Of a DNA stretch of 64,000 nucleotides, positions 40,223 to 49,740 are shown in pieces. This DNA is from a virus (taxonomy: Duplodnaviria; Heunggongvirae; Uroviricota; Caudoviricetes), in the IMG/VR virus record IMGVR_UViG_2519899835_000003; one strand, written 5' to 3'. The notes below the pieces were generated by a model. That model had not been told where the DNA came from. It worked only from the letters and a program-made list of their open reading frames with translations, and made no database searches. Within the stretch, counting starts at the first letter, position 1, and the number at the start of each line of letters is the position of its first letter. The translations under genes and the position numbers were made by a program.

Positions 40223-42133
40223 TTATGCGGCTGCTCCAGCTTTGTTTGCTTTAACTTCCACCGTATCAATAAGTACAGGGTAGGTTTCTGCACTACCTGT
40301 AATATCCGTAATGACAAACCTGTTGAGTCCATTAGCAGTATTGGCCCATTTCACCAGGTCAAACGCCTGTCCATCCACACCATCGAGCACCGGAGTAACA
40401 TTAATGCTGTTACTGCCCTTAAATTTAAATGCAAGCGTATGCCAGTCATGGTCGAATGCGCCAAACGTGCCAAGTTCTTTTTGTTGATTAACTGTATGAT
40501 GGTATGCAACATTAATACTGGCTTTATCTGTCTGGACAAAGAAAGAACTCAGATGGCCTTCACCACCCTCACCCGGCCATTCCGCTATTCGCCAGTACAA
40601 ACCAAAGGCATACTTGTTTCTGGTTGTCTCAAGATTGACGTTTTCGGGGATTTTAAACCGGACAGCAATTTCCCCGCCTTTTTCCAGTAAAAGTTTTGCC
40701 TTGTCTGCAGCAATATCACAGTACATTGACCAGGATTTCGCGCTGTTATTTTTCTCAATTCGCAGAGCTTTATTGCCGCTGTCATCAACCAGTGTGCGTC
40801 TGCCATACATACCGTCCCAGCCATAAGGTTTCAGCTGATTGTCTGTAGCTTTTTTGGCATCGTAAAAAATTACAGACTCTGAGGTGGTAACCGGCCTGTC
40901 TGGAACAACCACCCCGGCAGTACCATTAACAAACGCAGAAGACTTACCCGCGCAGCTCAGAATCGCCGTTGCCAGACGGTCGGAAATAATCCCACGGCGA
41001 GCCCATGAACTGAAATGGCTCGCCCTGTCCTGTGACGTCCAGGTGGCTGAGCTGTCACGCCATTTCGAACCGTAATATCCGATACCCGGAATGTCCGGGT
41101 CTTCTTCCGGTTTGTTCGTCGGCACATTCACCCCGTTCTCATCCGTCATGAACGGTACGAAATGGATATTCTTTTCCGTTTTATTTTTATAGCTGCCGTA
41201 CACCGTCTGGTACGTGGATTCGTTCTTCTGCTTCCAGAAATACGTCGTGTCCCCGCATATCCAGGGAACACCGCCAGCAGAGCCACCGACGCACTGGCCT
41301 GCCATATCCGCCAGGTCTGCACGGAATTTATCAACCAGCGCACCAAACTGTGCGGCATGATTTGCCGGCGTACCGCCAAAATCAAATTCCCCCTGCATCC
41401 ACACCACGGCAAACAGCACATTTTTCGGGTTCTTCTCCAGTGCCGCTTTTGTTCGACCGATAAGGTCCTTATACAGCGGCTTGTCCACACCCCAGCGGGT
41501 TGAATTCTCCGAGGCACCACTCGCGTCACTGTATGTGCCATCAGCTCCGGTGGTGAACGCTGAACCACCACGACAGCACGGAACCAGCAGAATGCCCGCA
41601 TTCGCCGGTATAAACGGCAGCAGTTTTTTGGCGATATGCAGCCCCTGCCCCACGGTTCCGTACTGCCCCTTTGACAGGTCCGCTTTCGGATGGTTAAGAC
41701 GGCTCATGTCCTGCACATCATGCAGACAATGGTCCGCCGGAATGATGTCGTTATATTTGCATGCTGCACCGCCCGGTGTCACCGTACTGCGACGCGCTAA
41801 CTGTTTAATACGTGGATCAGGGCTGTCGAATGTATCCGGTAATGGCAGTCCCTCACCGTATGACATACCATTGGACTGACCAGCAAGCGCGATCACATAG
41901 TAATATTCTGGCGCAACAGAAGGCGCTGAGGTCGTCGGACGGTTGCCTGGCTCCTCTGGTGATGAGATGCTCCCCTCACTCACAACTGGCTGGATGAACT
42001 CCGCACCATAACCAGCTGTCGAAATCAGCGCACTACCATAAGGCTGCCACCCTTCCTTCAGTTTTTGAGTTATTCGTTTCGCAAGGTCTGACGGCGACGC
42101 CGCCCTGACAACATCATAGTGTTTAAATGCCAT
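40223..42133 (-). CDS. NanS-p-type prophage esterase (DUF1737 N-terminal domain + SGNH/SASA 9-O-acetyl sialate esterase domain)
   Basis: N-terminus MAFKHYDVVRAASPSDLAKRITQKLKEGWQPYG and YYYVIALAGQSNGMSYGEG serine-esterase block; position between Q and the lysis genes as in Stx phages. Confidence 0.7.
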   Translation of the reverse strand: MAFKHYDVVRAASPSDLAKRITQKLKEGWQPYGSALISTAGYGAEFIQPVVSEGSISSPEEPGNRPTTSAPSVAPEYYYVIALAGQSNGMSYGEGLPLPDTFDSPDPRIKQLARRSTVTPGGAACKYNDIIPADHCLHDVQDMSRLNHPKADLSKGQYGTVGQGLHIAKKLLPFIPANAGILLVPCCRGGSAFTTGADGTYSDASGASENSTRWGVDKPLYKDLIGRTKAALEKNPKNVLFAVVWMQGEFDFGGTPANHAAQFGALVDKFRADLADMAGQCVGGSAGGVPWICGDTTYFWKQKNESTYQTVYGSYKNKTEKNIHFVPFMTDENGVNVPTNKPEEDPDIPGIGYYGSKWRDSSATWTSQDRASHFSSWARRGIISDRLATAILSCAGKSSAFVNGTAGVVVPDRPVTTSESVIFYDAKKATDNQLKPYGWDGMYGRRTLVDDSGNKALRIEKNNSAKSWSMYCDIAADKAKLLLEKGGEIAVRFKIPENVNLETTRNKYAFGLYWRIAEWPGEGGEGHLSSFFVQTDKASINVAYHHTVNQQKELGTFGAFDHDWHTLAFKFKGSNSINVTPVLDGVDGQAFDLVKWANTANGLNRFVITDITGSAETYPVLIDTVEVKANKAGAAA

Positions 42134-42619
42134 GAATCCTCCCGGCCGGGATAATATTGTGAGTAAAATAAGGAGCGGGCTGAAGTCCGGAAGTTACAGG
42201 ACAATGGCAGAAGGGAGACTACAGCCCGCAATTCGAAAAAGGTCGCGCAGTTGCGCAGAGTGATTACTATGGGGTATTATTCGCCAGCTGAAATATTACT
42301 TCACGTTTCATTGTTCATTCCTTGCCGCCCGCGTCTCCCAGCGCGGGCTTTTTTGTCCATAAGAAAGCCCCTCCGGAGAGGGGCTGGAGAGTGGCGCTAT
42401 GTGCCATTGCATGGTGCCGGGTGCCTCCCGGTGAGTTCAGCCCGGTGCCACTAAACCCGCGTCATTCTCGTTTTGATAATCAGAGATTATACCGTCACCA
42501 GTCGCCCCTCCGCTCAGGGGGATTCACCATGCAGTTTTTTCTAACAAATTCTCATCCGGGCAGACAACATTCAACTGACTTAATTGTGAGGTATGTAACA
42601 TTCCCGTTGAACGGATACA

Positions 42620-42650
42620 AAAAAAGCCAGCCACCAGGGGAGGCTGGCAA
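42620..42650 (-). terminator. Rho-independent terminator in the Q-nanS intergenic region (approximate)
   Basis: Minus strand reads GCCAGCC-loop-GGCTGGC followed by TTTTTTT. Confidence 0.45.
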
Positions 42651-42829
42651 ACTCGTAGAGCAAAATGCTGTTACGCAAACTTCGTTACAGGGTTATCCTG
42701 CAATACTTAAAATATACAATATTTAGAAAACTAATAGTGCCATATGAGATTTTTAAGATTTTGTTATTAATTGCGGTCGTACCTTCCTTTCTGTGTACTT
42801 TCCGTATAGCTCACAGGATTCTGGGTACA

Positions 42830-42858
42830 AAAAAACCCGCGCATCGGCGGGTTCGGCT
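42830..42858 (-). terminator. Rho-independent terminator ~45 nt downstream of Q (approximate)
   Basis: Minus strand reads AACCCGCCGATGCGCGGGTT followed by TTTTTT. Confidence 0.45.
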
Positions 42859-42898
42859 GCGTGGCAATGTAACCACTCTTATCATGATATGCAGATTT

Positions 42899-43333
42899 TT
42901 ACGATCGTAAACTATTTTTTCGCTGATAAAATACAGAGGTTCTCCCTCCCGGCAATTCACGCTCAACATACCGATCCATCTCAAGCCTCACTCCCAGCAT
43001 CATCAGCATGCCTTCAACAATCCCCTCCGCTTTGTGAAGGCGTTTACCTATACAGGTGTCAGAGCACCCATGTTTCCGTGCCAGCGCCATGAACGTCTCC
43101 CCCAACACGTAGTAATCAACCAGCAAGTCATGCAGATCGCGATTGTTCCGGTAAAGGCGGGCTATGCACCCGCATATCACCATCGCATCATCGTCACAGC
43201 ACTGTGGACGTGATTTTACTTTTTCGGGGATCAGTCCCTTAAATCCGGCAGCAATGGGCGACCATGTAACATCCTCATAGTTATTTACCGCCCATGCCCC
43301 CCAGCGCTCAAGAACCTGCCGGATATCACGCAT
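42899..43333 (-). CDS. Late-gene antiterminator Q (DLP12 QuuD-like)
   Basis: [34 protein letters not shown]...[16 protein letters not shown] matches the QuuD-type Q family; start set at internal ATG overlapping ninH. Confidence 0.75.
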   Translation of the reverse strand: MRDIRQVLERWGAWAVNNYEDVTWSPIAAGFKGLIPEKVKSRPQCCDDDAMVICGCIARLYRNNRDLHDLLVDYYVLGETFMALARKHGCSDTCIGKRLHKAEGIVEGMLMMLGVRLEMDRYVERELPGGRTSVFYQRKNSLRS

Positions 43334-43523
43334 CAGTATCTTTACCCCATCCGCGATGAACCATAAGGACGCCATTGACGACGGCGTGCTTTTTCGCATC
43401 TTTATCATCAATGTATTTTCTGACTGTAGCACGATTGCAGTTCAGTATTCTGGCGACTTCTGTCTGATTTCCCCTGGTGCAGATCAGTAATTCAGGTATC
43501 GTTTGAATTTTAGCATTCATCAA
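43326..43523 (-). CDS. ninH: NinH-like protein
   Basis: ...[30 protein letters not shown]...[10 protein letters not shown] resembles lambda NinH; directly upstream of Q. Confidence 0.65.
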   Translation of the reverse strand: MMNAKIQTIPELLICTRGNQTEVARILNCNRATVRKYIDDKDAKKHAVVNGVLMVHRGWGKDTDA

Positions 43524-43882
43524 ATGTTCTCCAGTTCGGTGATTTTTATCCCCACTCTACCGCCAGGCACTTTCACGCCGCGAATTACGCGAATGTCATC
43601 GAATTGCTCGTCGTCGTCCGCAAATCCGGCGTGGATAAGAGAGTCGAGTAAACCTTTCAGGATGTTATCGAGGTCGCGACGGCGGGAATCTGGTGGTTCA
43701 GCAATAATTGTGATGCGAAGTCGTGATTTAGTGAAAATGTCTAATCTGAGTTGCCGGATGATTTGCTGTACGTCTTTTCGGTATTTCTGGCCTTTATCGC
43801 TGATGTAGTACTGGCTTCCCCGTCTTCGCCAGTAGGTATTCACCGTCGGCGGCCAGGGAAGCACAAACTCATATTCATTCAT
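43520..43882 (-). CDS. rusA: RusA-family Holliday-junction resolvase
   Basis: 120 aa; MNEYEFVLPWPPTVNTYWRRRG...DLDNILKGLLDSL is the RusA signature. Confidence 0.85.
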   Translation of the reverse strand: MNEYEFVLPWPPTVNTYWRRRGSQYYISDKGQKYRKDVQQIIRQLRLDIFTKSRLRITIIAEPPDSRRRDLDNILKGLLDSLIHAGFADDDEQFDDIRVIRGVKVPGGRVGIKITELENI

Positions 43883-44169
43883 GACTTAATCTTCCCCTCC
43901 TTCAGCAATATCGCCTGCGTCCTGATCACGCCTTCCAGGTGGTAAAGTCTGGCGTCGTTGTTGTCGAGAATTCGGGTGCGTCGGTCGATCTCCGCGTGGC
44001 AGTCACTACAAGCCCATGCACCGATCAGGTCGTCAGGCTTCATTCCCGTTCCGCAAATTCCAGCCATCCGGTAATGTGCCAGAACTGTCGTTTCAGGATT
44101 GCCATTGCATACGCCGTAAATCCGTACCTGGCATTCTCTGCCGCGCGCTTCTTTGCGTAGGTTAGCCAT
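43879..44169 (-). CDS. DUF1364 (YbcO-like) protein
   Basis: RGRECQVRIYGVCNGNPETTVLAHYR...CSDCHAEIDRR cysteine/histidine pattern matching DLP12 YbcO as recalled. Confidence 0.55.
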   Translation of the reverse strand: MANLRKEARGRECQVRIYGVCNGNPETTVLAHYRMAGICGTGMKPDDLIGAWACSDCHAEIDRRTRILDNNDARLYHLEGVIRTQAILLKEGKIKS

Positions 44170-44897
44170 TAAGCAGCCTCCCCTGTTACTTTCAGCATTC
44201 CGTTATCGAGCGGCTTTCTGGTCAGCCACTGTTGACCACGCCCGGTGATTTTTGTGGTGAACGAGATCTGTATTCCGTGATTTGTATTGACCGCTGTTTC
44301 TTTCACTGTGAAATAGCCGCGATCCATATATTCCTGCATTGGCACATTGCGCCGGGAACCTGAAGCAATAAGGATTTTGTGATCGCGCATCCACGCAAAC
44401 AGTTTGTTTGGACCAATACCAACAACCTTTGCAAAGTTTCCAATCAAAATTCCGCTGGCCTCGCCAACTCGATCGGCAAACTCAACTTTAGGTGCTGCGA
44501 GAGCAAGCTGTTTCTCCAGTTCAGCCTTCTGGTCTTCAAGGTCGGCCGCAAGGCGCAATGCCTCAGAAAAGGTTTGTGGTATTTTCGCGGTTGCCCCTTC
44601 AAGCTCTCGCCAACGGTCAACAAGACGAGCGGTGAATTCCGGCGACAATTGGGCGACGACAATAATGCTGTCTCGCTTACCTTGTTCGCCTTCGAAGACG
44701 TAAGCCTCGACACTACGGCGCAGTCCTAAGTTATTGATTTTTTCGAAAACCTGCAATGCAGGAAGTTGAATAACTCCAGATTCAGCCAGGCGCTCTATTG
44801 ATATTTTTACGTTATCTGGACGACTCCCCACCAACTCAGCGATTTCAATGCTGGTCATTTTGATGATGCTGCTATTTATCAGCTCATTCATTGTCAT
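44169..44897 (-). CDS. Rha-family phage regulatory protein / antirepressor
   Basis: N-terminal MTSIEIAELVGSRPDNVKISIERL resembles the Rha domain start. Confidence 0.6.
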   Translation of the reverse strand: MTMNELINSSIIKMTSIEIAELVGSRPDNVKISIERLAESGVIQLPALQVFEKINNLGLRRSVEAYVFEGEQGKRDSIIVVAQLSPEFTARLVDRWRELEGATAKIPQTFSEALRLAADLEDQKAELEKQLALAAPKVEFADRVGEASGILIGNFAKVVGIGPNKLFAWMRDHKILIASGSRRNVPMQEYMDRGYFTVKETAVNTNHGIQISFTTKITGRGQQWLTRKPLDNGMLKVTGEAA

Positions 44898-44927
44898 GTC
44901 CTCTCATATTGAAAATTCAGCAATAAA

Positions 44928-44955
44928 AAACCCAGCCGAAGCTGGGTTTGTTAAG
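44928..44955 (-). terminator. Rho-independent terminator after the antirepressor gene (approximate)
   Basis: CCCAGC-CGAA-GCTGGG hairpin with T run on the minus strand. Confidence 0.5.
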
Positions 44956-44965
44956 TTGTCAATTG

Positions 44966-45649
44966 TCAGTAGCGATGCAGTGAAGGCGGCAACTCTTTGT
45001 TCTTAAGCCTTTCCCATGCCAGAAGGTTCGTCGGCCCGTCAGGCTCATAAATATCTATATCCCGCGTGTGATTAATTAAAACGCCCCTCGCCCTCCCGAT
45101 GATATACGAGAACTCATAGCCGTAGTCGTGGCATATGCCGGAATAGCCAGACTGAATCAGTTTTAATGCGGGATACAACTCACGGAACAATGCCTGTGAG
45201 CGGTTGGCATAATCCCACAGCCATACAAGGCTGTCTGTTTCTTTTGCGGAAAGCCCGTTGGGCTTCTTCTCTTGTTTGCCAGTATTTTTCTCGCACTGGC
45301 TGAAATAGCAGTCTTCCAGTTTTTCGAACACATCCCACGCCTGATCGGTTTCTAGCATTTTGGCGTGACGGGCTGCGCCTCGTTCTGTCCAGAGGATGAG
45401 GGAGCGAACGTTACGGGCAATTTTCACAGAGTAGTTAAAAGCTACTCTGTGCTTGAACTCACGTAAAGTTTCACCTTCAAGTTTGAAGAAGTGTTTTTCC
45501 TCAATGAAACGACCTTTGTTTTCGTGGTGATTCTGGCGAATACGAATAGCTTCTGTGCCGTAAAGGTGCGCCAAAAGTTCGGTAGTGATAACGGGGATCT
45601 GCTTGTAAGTAATCGTGGAGAGTGTTTCAACAGAGATTTGAGTTGTCAT
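44966..45649 (-). CDS. ORF6N-domain antirepressor paralogue 1
   Basis: N-terminal ~110 aa ([15 protein letters not shown]...[35 protein letters not shown]) nearly identical to the protein at 46568..47233; C-terminal domain differs. Confidence 0.6.
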   Translation of the reverse strand: MTTQISVETLSTITYKQIPVITTELLAHLYGTEAIRIRQNHHENKGRFIEEKHFFKLEGETLREFKHRVAFNYSVKIARNVRSLILWTERGAARHAKMLETDQAWDVFEKLEDCYFSQCEKNTGKQEKKPNGLSAKETDSLVWLWDYANRSQALFRELYPALKLIQSGYSGICHDYGYEFSYIIGRARGVLINHTRDIDIYEPDGPTNLLAWERLKNKELPPSLHRY

Positions 45650-45923
45650 AATGACGCCCTCGAGTGGTTTCTTAATAACTCACCACCGACGACGCCAATC
45701 GTCTGGTGGTGAACTGTGCAGGGTTGGCGTAACCGGGAAACCGACCGGCGCGGATCTCTCCGCCCCCACACAGCCCACCATAATTCAGATGTGCGCGTGC
45801 ATACGACAATAAAAAACACGCTCGCGGCGTGTATCTGTCGCGGTCTCTATCCAGGACGCCAATCCCGACGCCAGATTTTGCTGGCGCGTGAGGAATATAG
45901 CCCCGAATAAATCATCACGTCAA

Positions 45924-46106
45924 TCACCTTGTTTTCCTCGCACGATGTCTTAGCCACCGGATATCCCACAGGTGAGCCGTGTAATTGAAGGCTTTAACGT
46001 CAGATTCTTTTGGGATTGGCCTGGGTTTATTTCTGGAACGTTTCGTTGGAAGGTAATTGCAGTTTTCACAGACTATATCGGTAATGCTTCGTCGCTGTCG
46101 TCTCAT
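45924..46106 (-). CDS. ninE: NinE-like protein
   Basis: [36 protein letters not shown]...[17 protein letters not shown] resembles lambda NinE; start overlaps ninB stop. Confidence 0.55.
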   Translation of the reverse strand: MRRQRRSITDIVCENCNYLPTKRSRNKPRPIPKESDVKAFNYTAHLWDIRWLRHRARKTR

Positions 46107-46513
46107 TCATACCTCCTGTCGGTAAATCTGACACCCTGCTCCACAGCCCAGGAAGTTGTGTACTCAATCAGGCTTGCCATACGCTTCACGCTCATCTGCG
46201 CACTGCTTTCGCGGATATTGACGTATTCACCTTCAAGACCAGGCAAAACATCAGCTTCCTGTTTTGTCGCCACGGCATGACCGCTGATTAACAAAACTTT
46301 CCACTGTTCTGGTTTTAGCCATCTGCCGCACCACTGAACCTGTCGGGAGATATCAGCGACCATCGCGTGAAATTTGGCATTTTGATCGAGATTCCGCTTG
46401 TAATCGGTGATGCGGATCGTAACGGGTTTGTCTTTATCGAGAGTTGTTGCAAGGATGGCGTTAATGGCGAATTGTTGCTGCTGCTTACTTCGGAGGAAGA
46501 TAGTCTGGTTCAT
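46103..46513 (-). CDS. ninB: NinB recombination protein
   Basis: ...[11 protein letters not shown]...[41 protein letters not shown] colinear with lambda NinB. Confidence 0.7.
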   Translation of the reverse strand: MNQTIFLRSKQQQQFAINAILATTLDKDKPVTIRITDYKRNLDQNAKFHAMVADISRQVQWCGRWLKPEQWKVLLISGHAVATKQEADVLPGLEGEYVNIRESSAQMSVKRMASLIEYTTSWAVEQGVRFTDRRYE

Positions 46514-46567
46514 TATTCCCTCTCACTGGATTTTCCCAACAAAAAAGGAGCCGAAGCTCCTTTAGTT

Positions 46568-47233
46568 TCAGAATTCAAATTGTCTTGCCCGCAGGCTTTT
46601 CAGCATTGGCATGGCCCGCTGGATAACGGAACTTGACATGTCGAGACGTGTTACCTCCCTCAGTAGCGCGTCTCTGTTCTTCGTCACCATGTAGATGGTC
46701 TCAAACGCAATGTCATACAGCTTGTTCGTGTATGAGGAGTTCAGCTCTTTCATAATGGGATACAGGTGTTTGCTGATGTCCTGGGCTTTTTCCATCCAGA
46801 GCTGCATGTAGCAAAGGAGGATGATTTCTTCGGCTGTGAATTGTGGCTGAATCTGCGGCTGCTGTTCGGTTGGTGCTGTTTTTCCCTGGCTGAAATAGCA
46901 GTCTTCCAGTTTTTCGAATACCTCCCACGCCCGATCGGTTTCGAGCATTTTTGCGTGACGGGCTGCGCCGCGTTCTGTCCAGAGGATGAGGGAGCGGGCA
47001 TTTTTACCAACTAACCCGATTGTTTCGGGTCTGTTCTTAAACTCGCGTAATTCGTTTTTTTCAATTTTAAAGTAATGCTTTCCGGGCATGAATCGCGTCG
47101 TGTTGTTCAGAAAGTTATCAGAAATGTTTTTGATTTTTGTTCCGTAAAGGTGAGCCAACAGTTCAGTAGTAATTACGGGGATCTGGTTATAGGTAACAGG
47201 GGAAAGGTTTTCGACAGAAATTTGAACAGCCAT
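46568..47233 (-). CDS. ORF6N-domain antirepressor paralogue 2 (C-terminal domain shared with 1949..2578)
   Basis: Same N-terminal domain as 44966..45649; C-terminal EEIILLCYMQLWMEKAQ...LRARQFEF plus the identical downstream terminator hairpin shared with the left-arm gene. Confidence 0.6.
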   Translation of the reverse strand: MAVQISVENLSPVTYNQIPVITTELLAHLYGTKIKNISDNFLNNTTRFMPGKHYFKIEKNELREFKNRPETIGLVGKNARSLILWTERGAARHAKMLETDRAWEVFEKLEDCYFSQGKTAPTEQQPQIQPQFTAEEIILLCYMQLWMEKAQDISKHLYPIMKELNSSYTNKLYDIAFETIYMVTKNRDALLREVTRLDMSSSVIQRAMPMLKSLRARQFEF

Positions 47234-47575
47234 AATGACCTCGCGTTTCGATAATTTTTACCTCGCCACCGTCAGGTGCTAATCATCGTGGTGGCGAACT
47301 GTGCGGGGTTAGCACTACCGGTCGAAACATCCGGCGAGCCTTTCGGCTCCCCCACACAGCCCGCCATAAATCGCGAATGTGACTGTGCTTAGCGCATAAA
47401 AAAACCGCCAGCGCGGTTATGCACCGTTTCGATATCCGGGGTGCTAATCCCGACGCCAGGTTTTGCTGGCGCGTGAGGAATATAGCCCCGAACACGCGAC
47501 GTTGTCAAACTGATGGCATTGCAGATCCCTACGCAATGTAACACTATGTGTTATACATTAATAACGGAACAAAAA

Positions 47576-47946
47576 ATGCGCATTTTTAAAAACGCCTGGT
47601 TTGAGCGATTTGCACGCAAAACAAAATATCCGACCAATCACTGCGCGAAATTGTTAAACAGGCTGATAACGGGCTTATCTCAGCAAACCTGGGTAACGGC
47701 GTTATCAAGCAACGTCTGCCACGAGTCGGTGGCGGCAAATCTGGCGGTTATCGCACAATCATTTTCTATCGCGTCGGCACAAGGGCCTTTTTCGTATATG
47801 CATACGCAAAAAATGAACGTGAAAATATAACCGCTACTGCGGAAAGTGCATTTCGGAAGGCGGCTCCTCACGTACTCAATCTAACAGATGAACAACTGGC
47901 ACAACTGATTCTACAGGGTCAGTTTACGGAGGTACCCAATGAGTAA
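47576..47946 (+). pseudogene. HigB/RelE-family type II toxin, interrupted by a 1-nt frameshift in an A-run near 47,618-47,626
   Basis: Frame 1 gives MRIFKNAWFERFARKTKY... then unrelated sequence; the adjacent frame gives ...QSLREIVKQADNGLISANLGNGVIKQRLPRVGGGKSGGYRTIIFYRVGTRAFFVYAYAKNEREN...EVPNE, ending in ATGAGTAA overlap with the antitoxin start. Confidence 0.55.
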
Positions 47947-48256
47947 AAATTACCGCAGTGATGCGCTTGCATCCGTACATGAAATGATGGAATCGCTTCA
48001 TGATATCGGCGCAGTAACGAAACAGACTATGCGAGAATTCGATGAAACTTGTCTCCAGCCAGCGCCGGTAATGTCTCCGGAAAGGATCCGTGCACTGCGC
48101 GAACGAGAGCATCTGTCTCAACCTGTTTTTGCCAGATACCTCAACGTCAGTAAAAACCTGATATCAGACTGGGAACGTGGTGTAAAACGGCCGGGAGGTG
48201 CCGCTCTTCGCCTTCTTTCAGTCGTAGAGAAAAACGGAATCCAGGTAATATCATGA
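47939..48256 (+). CDS. HTH XRE-family antitoxin (HigA-like)
   Basis: 105 aa with C-terminal HTH (LSQPVFARYLNVSKNLISDWERGVKRP); start overlaps the toxin stop. Confidence 0.65.
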   Translation: MSKNYRSDALASVHEMMESLHDIGAVTKQTMREFDETCLQPAPVMSPERIRALREREHLSQPVFARYLNVSKNLISDWERGVKRPGGAALRLLSVVEKNGIQVIS

Positions 48257-48269
48257 TACTCCAATACAA

Positions 48270-48292
48270 CAAAACCCGCCGAAGCGGGTTTT
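48270..48292. terminator. Bidirectional hairpin terminator between convergent genes (approximate)
   Basis: AAAACCCGC-CGAA-GCGGGTTTT with A run before and T run after. Confidence 0.45.
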
Positions 48293-48306
48293 CATTAGAA
48301 GCACCT

Positions 48307-48792
48307 TTAGTTTTGCTGTTCTATTTTAAGCTTGATAGTTTCATACAAAACAATAGTTGCGCCTGTTTTACATAATTCCCGGCTGTCATACGCACGAGAC
48401 CAATAACACAACCAGTTCTCGAGATCTTCTCGAGTATAGGTTTTGCAGGCCAGTCCCTCTGCCATTTCCACGATTTCATCGCCTGGTGCTGTTAACTCAT
48501 AGCCATTCAACAACAAGAAGACATAACCAGCCATCATAGCTGTTCGTTTGTTTGCATTAGCAAATGGATGATTCTGAATCAGACTTTCAATCAATACTGA
48601 TGCCAGTACAAACATGTCATTAGTCTGTTCATACCATCGAACCATGCTGGGACGAGACTGAGAAGAACTTAAATTATCAACACTCAGCACACTAACAGGT
48701 TCATCTGGTGTTTGAAGCTCAATTAAAAGGCGATTAATTTCGGTAAGATCATCAAACGAAAGGTAGTGCACTCCTTCAACAATCTCAGCCAT
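48307..48792 (-). CDS. Doc (death-on-curing)/Fic-family toxin
   Basis: HPFANANKRTAMMAGYVFLLLNGY matches the Doc motif H-x-F-x-(D/N)-A-N-K-R. Confidence 0.6.
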   Translation of the reverse strand: MAEIVEGVHYLSFDDLTEINRLLIELQTPDEPVSVLSVDNLSSSQSRPSMVRWYEQTNDMFVLASVLIESLIQNHPFANANKRTAMMAGYVFLLLNGYELTAPGDEIVEMAEGLACKTYTREDLENWLCYWSRAYDSRELCKTGATIVLYETIKLKIEQQN

Positions 48793-48810
48793 AGAGCACA
48801 ATACCCATCA

Positions 48811-48990
48811 TTACACTTTTGAAAGTTCTTCCATTGCCTTCTCGTAACGAGAAAAACCGAAATCGAAAGCATTTTTCACCTGCTCACGATGAGTGCAATT
48901 TTCATCGATAGCCGGGCGCGGAGCTGCCACAACGCTTTTATCGCGAGGGGGAATAGTCAATCGCGGGTGTTTTTTTAGTGCGTAGCTCAT
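48811..48990 (-). CDS. Putative cognate antitoxin of the Doc-family toxin
   Basis: 59-aa ORF immediately upstream on the same strand with a 6-nt gap; no family motif recognised, call by genetic context. Confidence 0.35.
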   Translation of the reverse strand: MSYALKKHPRLTIPPRDKSVVAAPRPAIDENCTHREQVKNAFDFGFSRYEKAMEELSKV

Positions 48991-49199
48991 TGGGTGTACC
49001 CTTACTTCTCCGTCCTGTTCTTTAACAAAAATCAAGTCAATACAAAATTAGTCAGGCTAATGTTGTTAGCATAGCCTAATACCAATCGTATTCACAACCA
49101 CAGTAAGTGAAAAAACCCGCCGAAGCGGGTTAAGTGCGGGTGCGTTGAGGATGCCTGACACATCAGAGGTGGCGAGGGATTTCTCCCTCGCCGGGTCTC

Positions 49200-49412
49200 T
49201 TACTCCTCAGGTTCGTAAGCTGTGAAGACAGCAACCTCCGTCTGACCGGTTCGGATTCGTACCTCGCATAGGTCTTTCCTCGTTACCAGTGCCGTCACTA
49301 CGACGGTAATACAGATGACGATCAGGGCGACTAACATCGCCTTTTGCTGCTTCATAGCCTGCTTCTCCTTGCCTTTCGGCGCGTAAGAGGCTAACCTACA
49401 TGTGTCTAGCAT
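49200..49412 (-). CDS. hok: mok/hok type I toxin locus (Hok toxin = 49200..49355, in-frame Mok extension to 49412)
   Basis: MKQQKAMLVALIVICITVVVTALVTRKDLCEVRIRTGQTEVAVFTAYEPEE is a canonical Hok/Gef; upstream in-frame MLDTCRLASYAPKGKEKQA mirrors mokC. Hairpin plus T run downstream near 49,112-49,132. Confidence 0.8.
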   Translation of the reverse strand: MLDTCRLASYAPKGKEKQAMKQQKAMLVALIVICITVVVTALVTRKDLCEVRIRTGQTEVAVFTAYEPEE

Positions 49413-49600
49413 GAAATTGGCCTCAGATTAATGTTAGGCGTCTTGCAGGACGCGTAATGTTAACTGGGGTTTTTCTCTGTCTGCCTTACGGTGGCATGCC
49501 CGAGGCAGACAGCCTCAAGCACCCGCAGCAATTCTACTTAACTCTCGCTTTACCGCAAACCGTTTTTACCCGATATGGGAATTCCCATATCGTAATGAAT

Positions 49601-49705
49601 TCAGTTCCCTAGTCGATCCATCAAAAACACAACCAGGCAGTAAACGCCCACAACAGCAATAACAGCCAGCGCACCTTCCATTGCCAGTGATATATCATCC
49701 GACAT
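49601..49705 (-). CDS. Candidate small hydrophobic peptide gene (34 aa), not in ORF track
   Basis: ATG with AAGGAGGG 7 nt upstream; MSDDISLAMEGALAVIAVVGVYCLVVFLMDRLGN, one predicted TM helix. Confidence 0.3.
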   Translation of the reverse strand: MSDDISLAMEGALAVIAVVGVYCLVVFLMDRLGN

Positions 49706-49740
49706 ATTCCCTCCTTTGGTGTTAATCCCGGCGAACGTTT

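Noticed and set aside
42134-42898. Search for stxA/stxB and tRNA genes downstream of Q; plus-strand ORFs 42251..42454, 42322..42726, 42665..42910
   Set aside because: No ORF with A-B toxin features and no T-loop/acceptor-stem pattern found by eye; the listed ORFs run antisense to the late operon across terminator hairpins and have no RBS.
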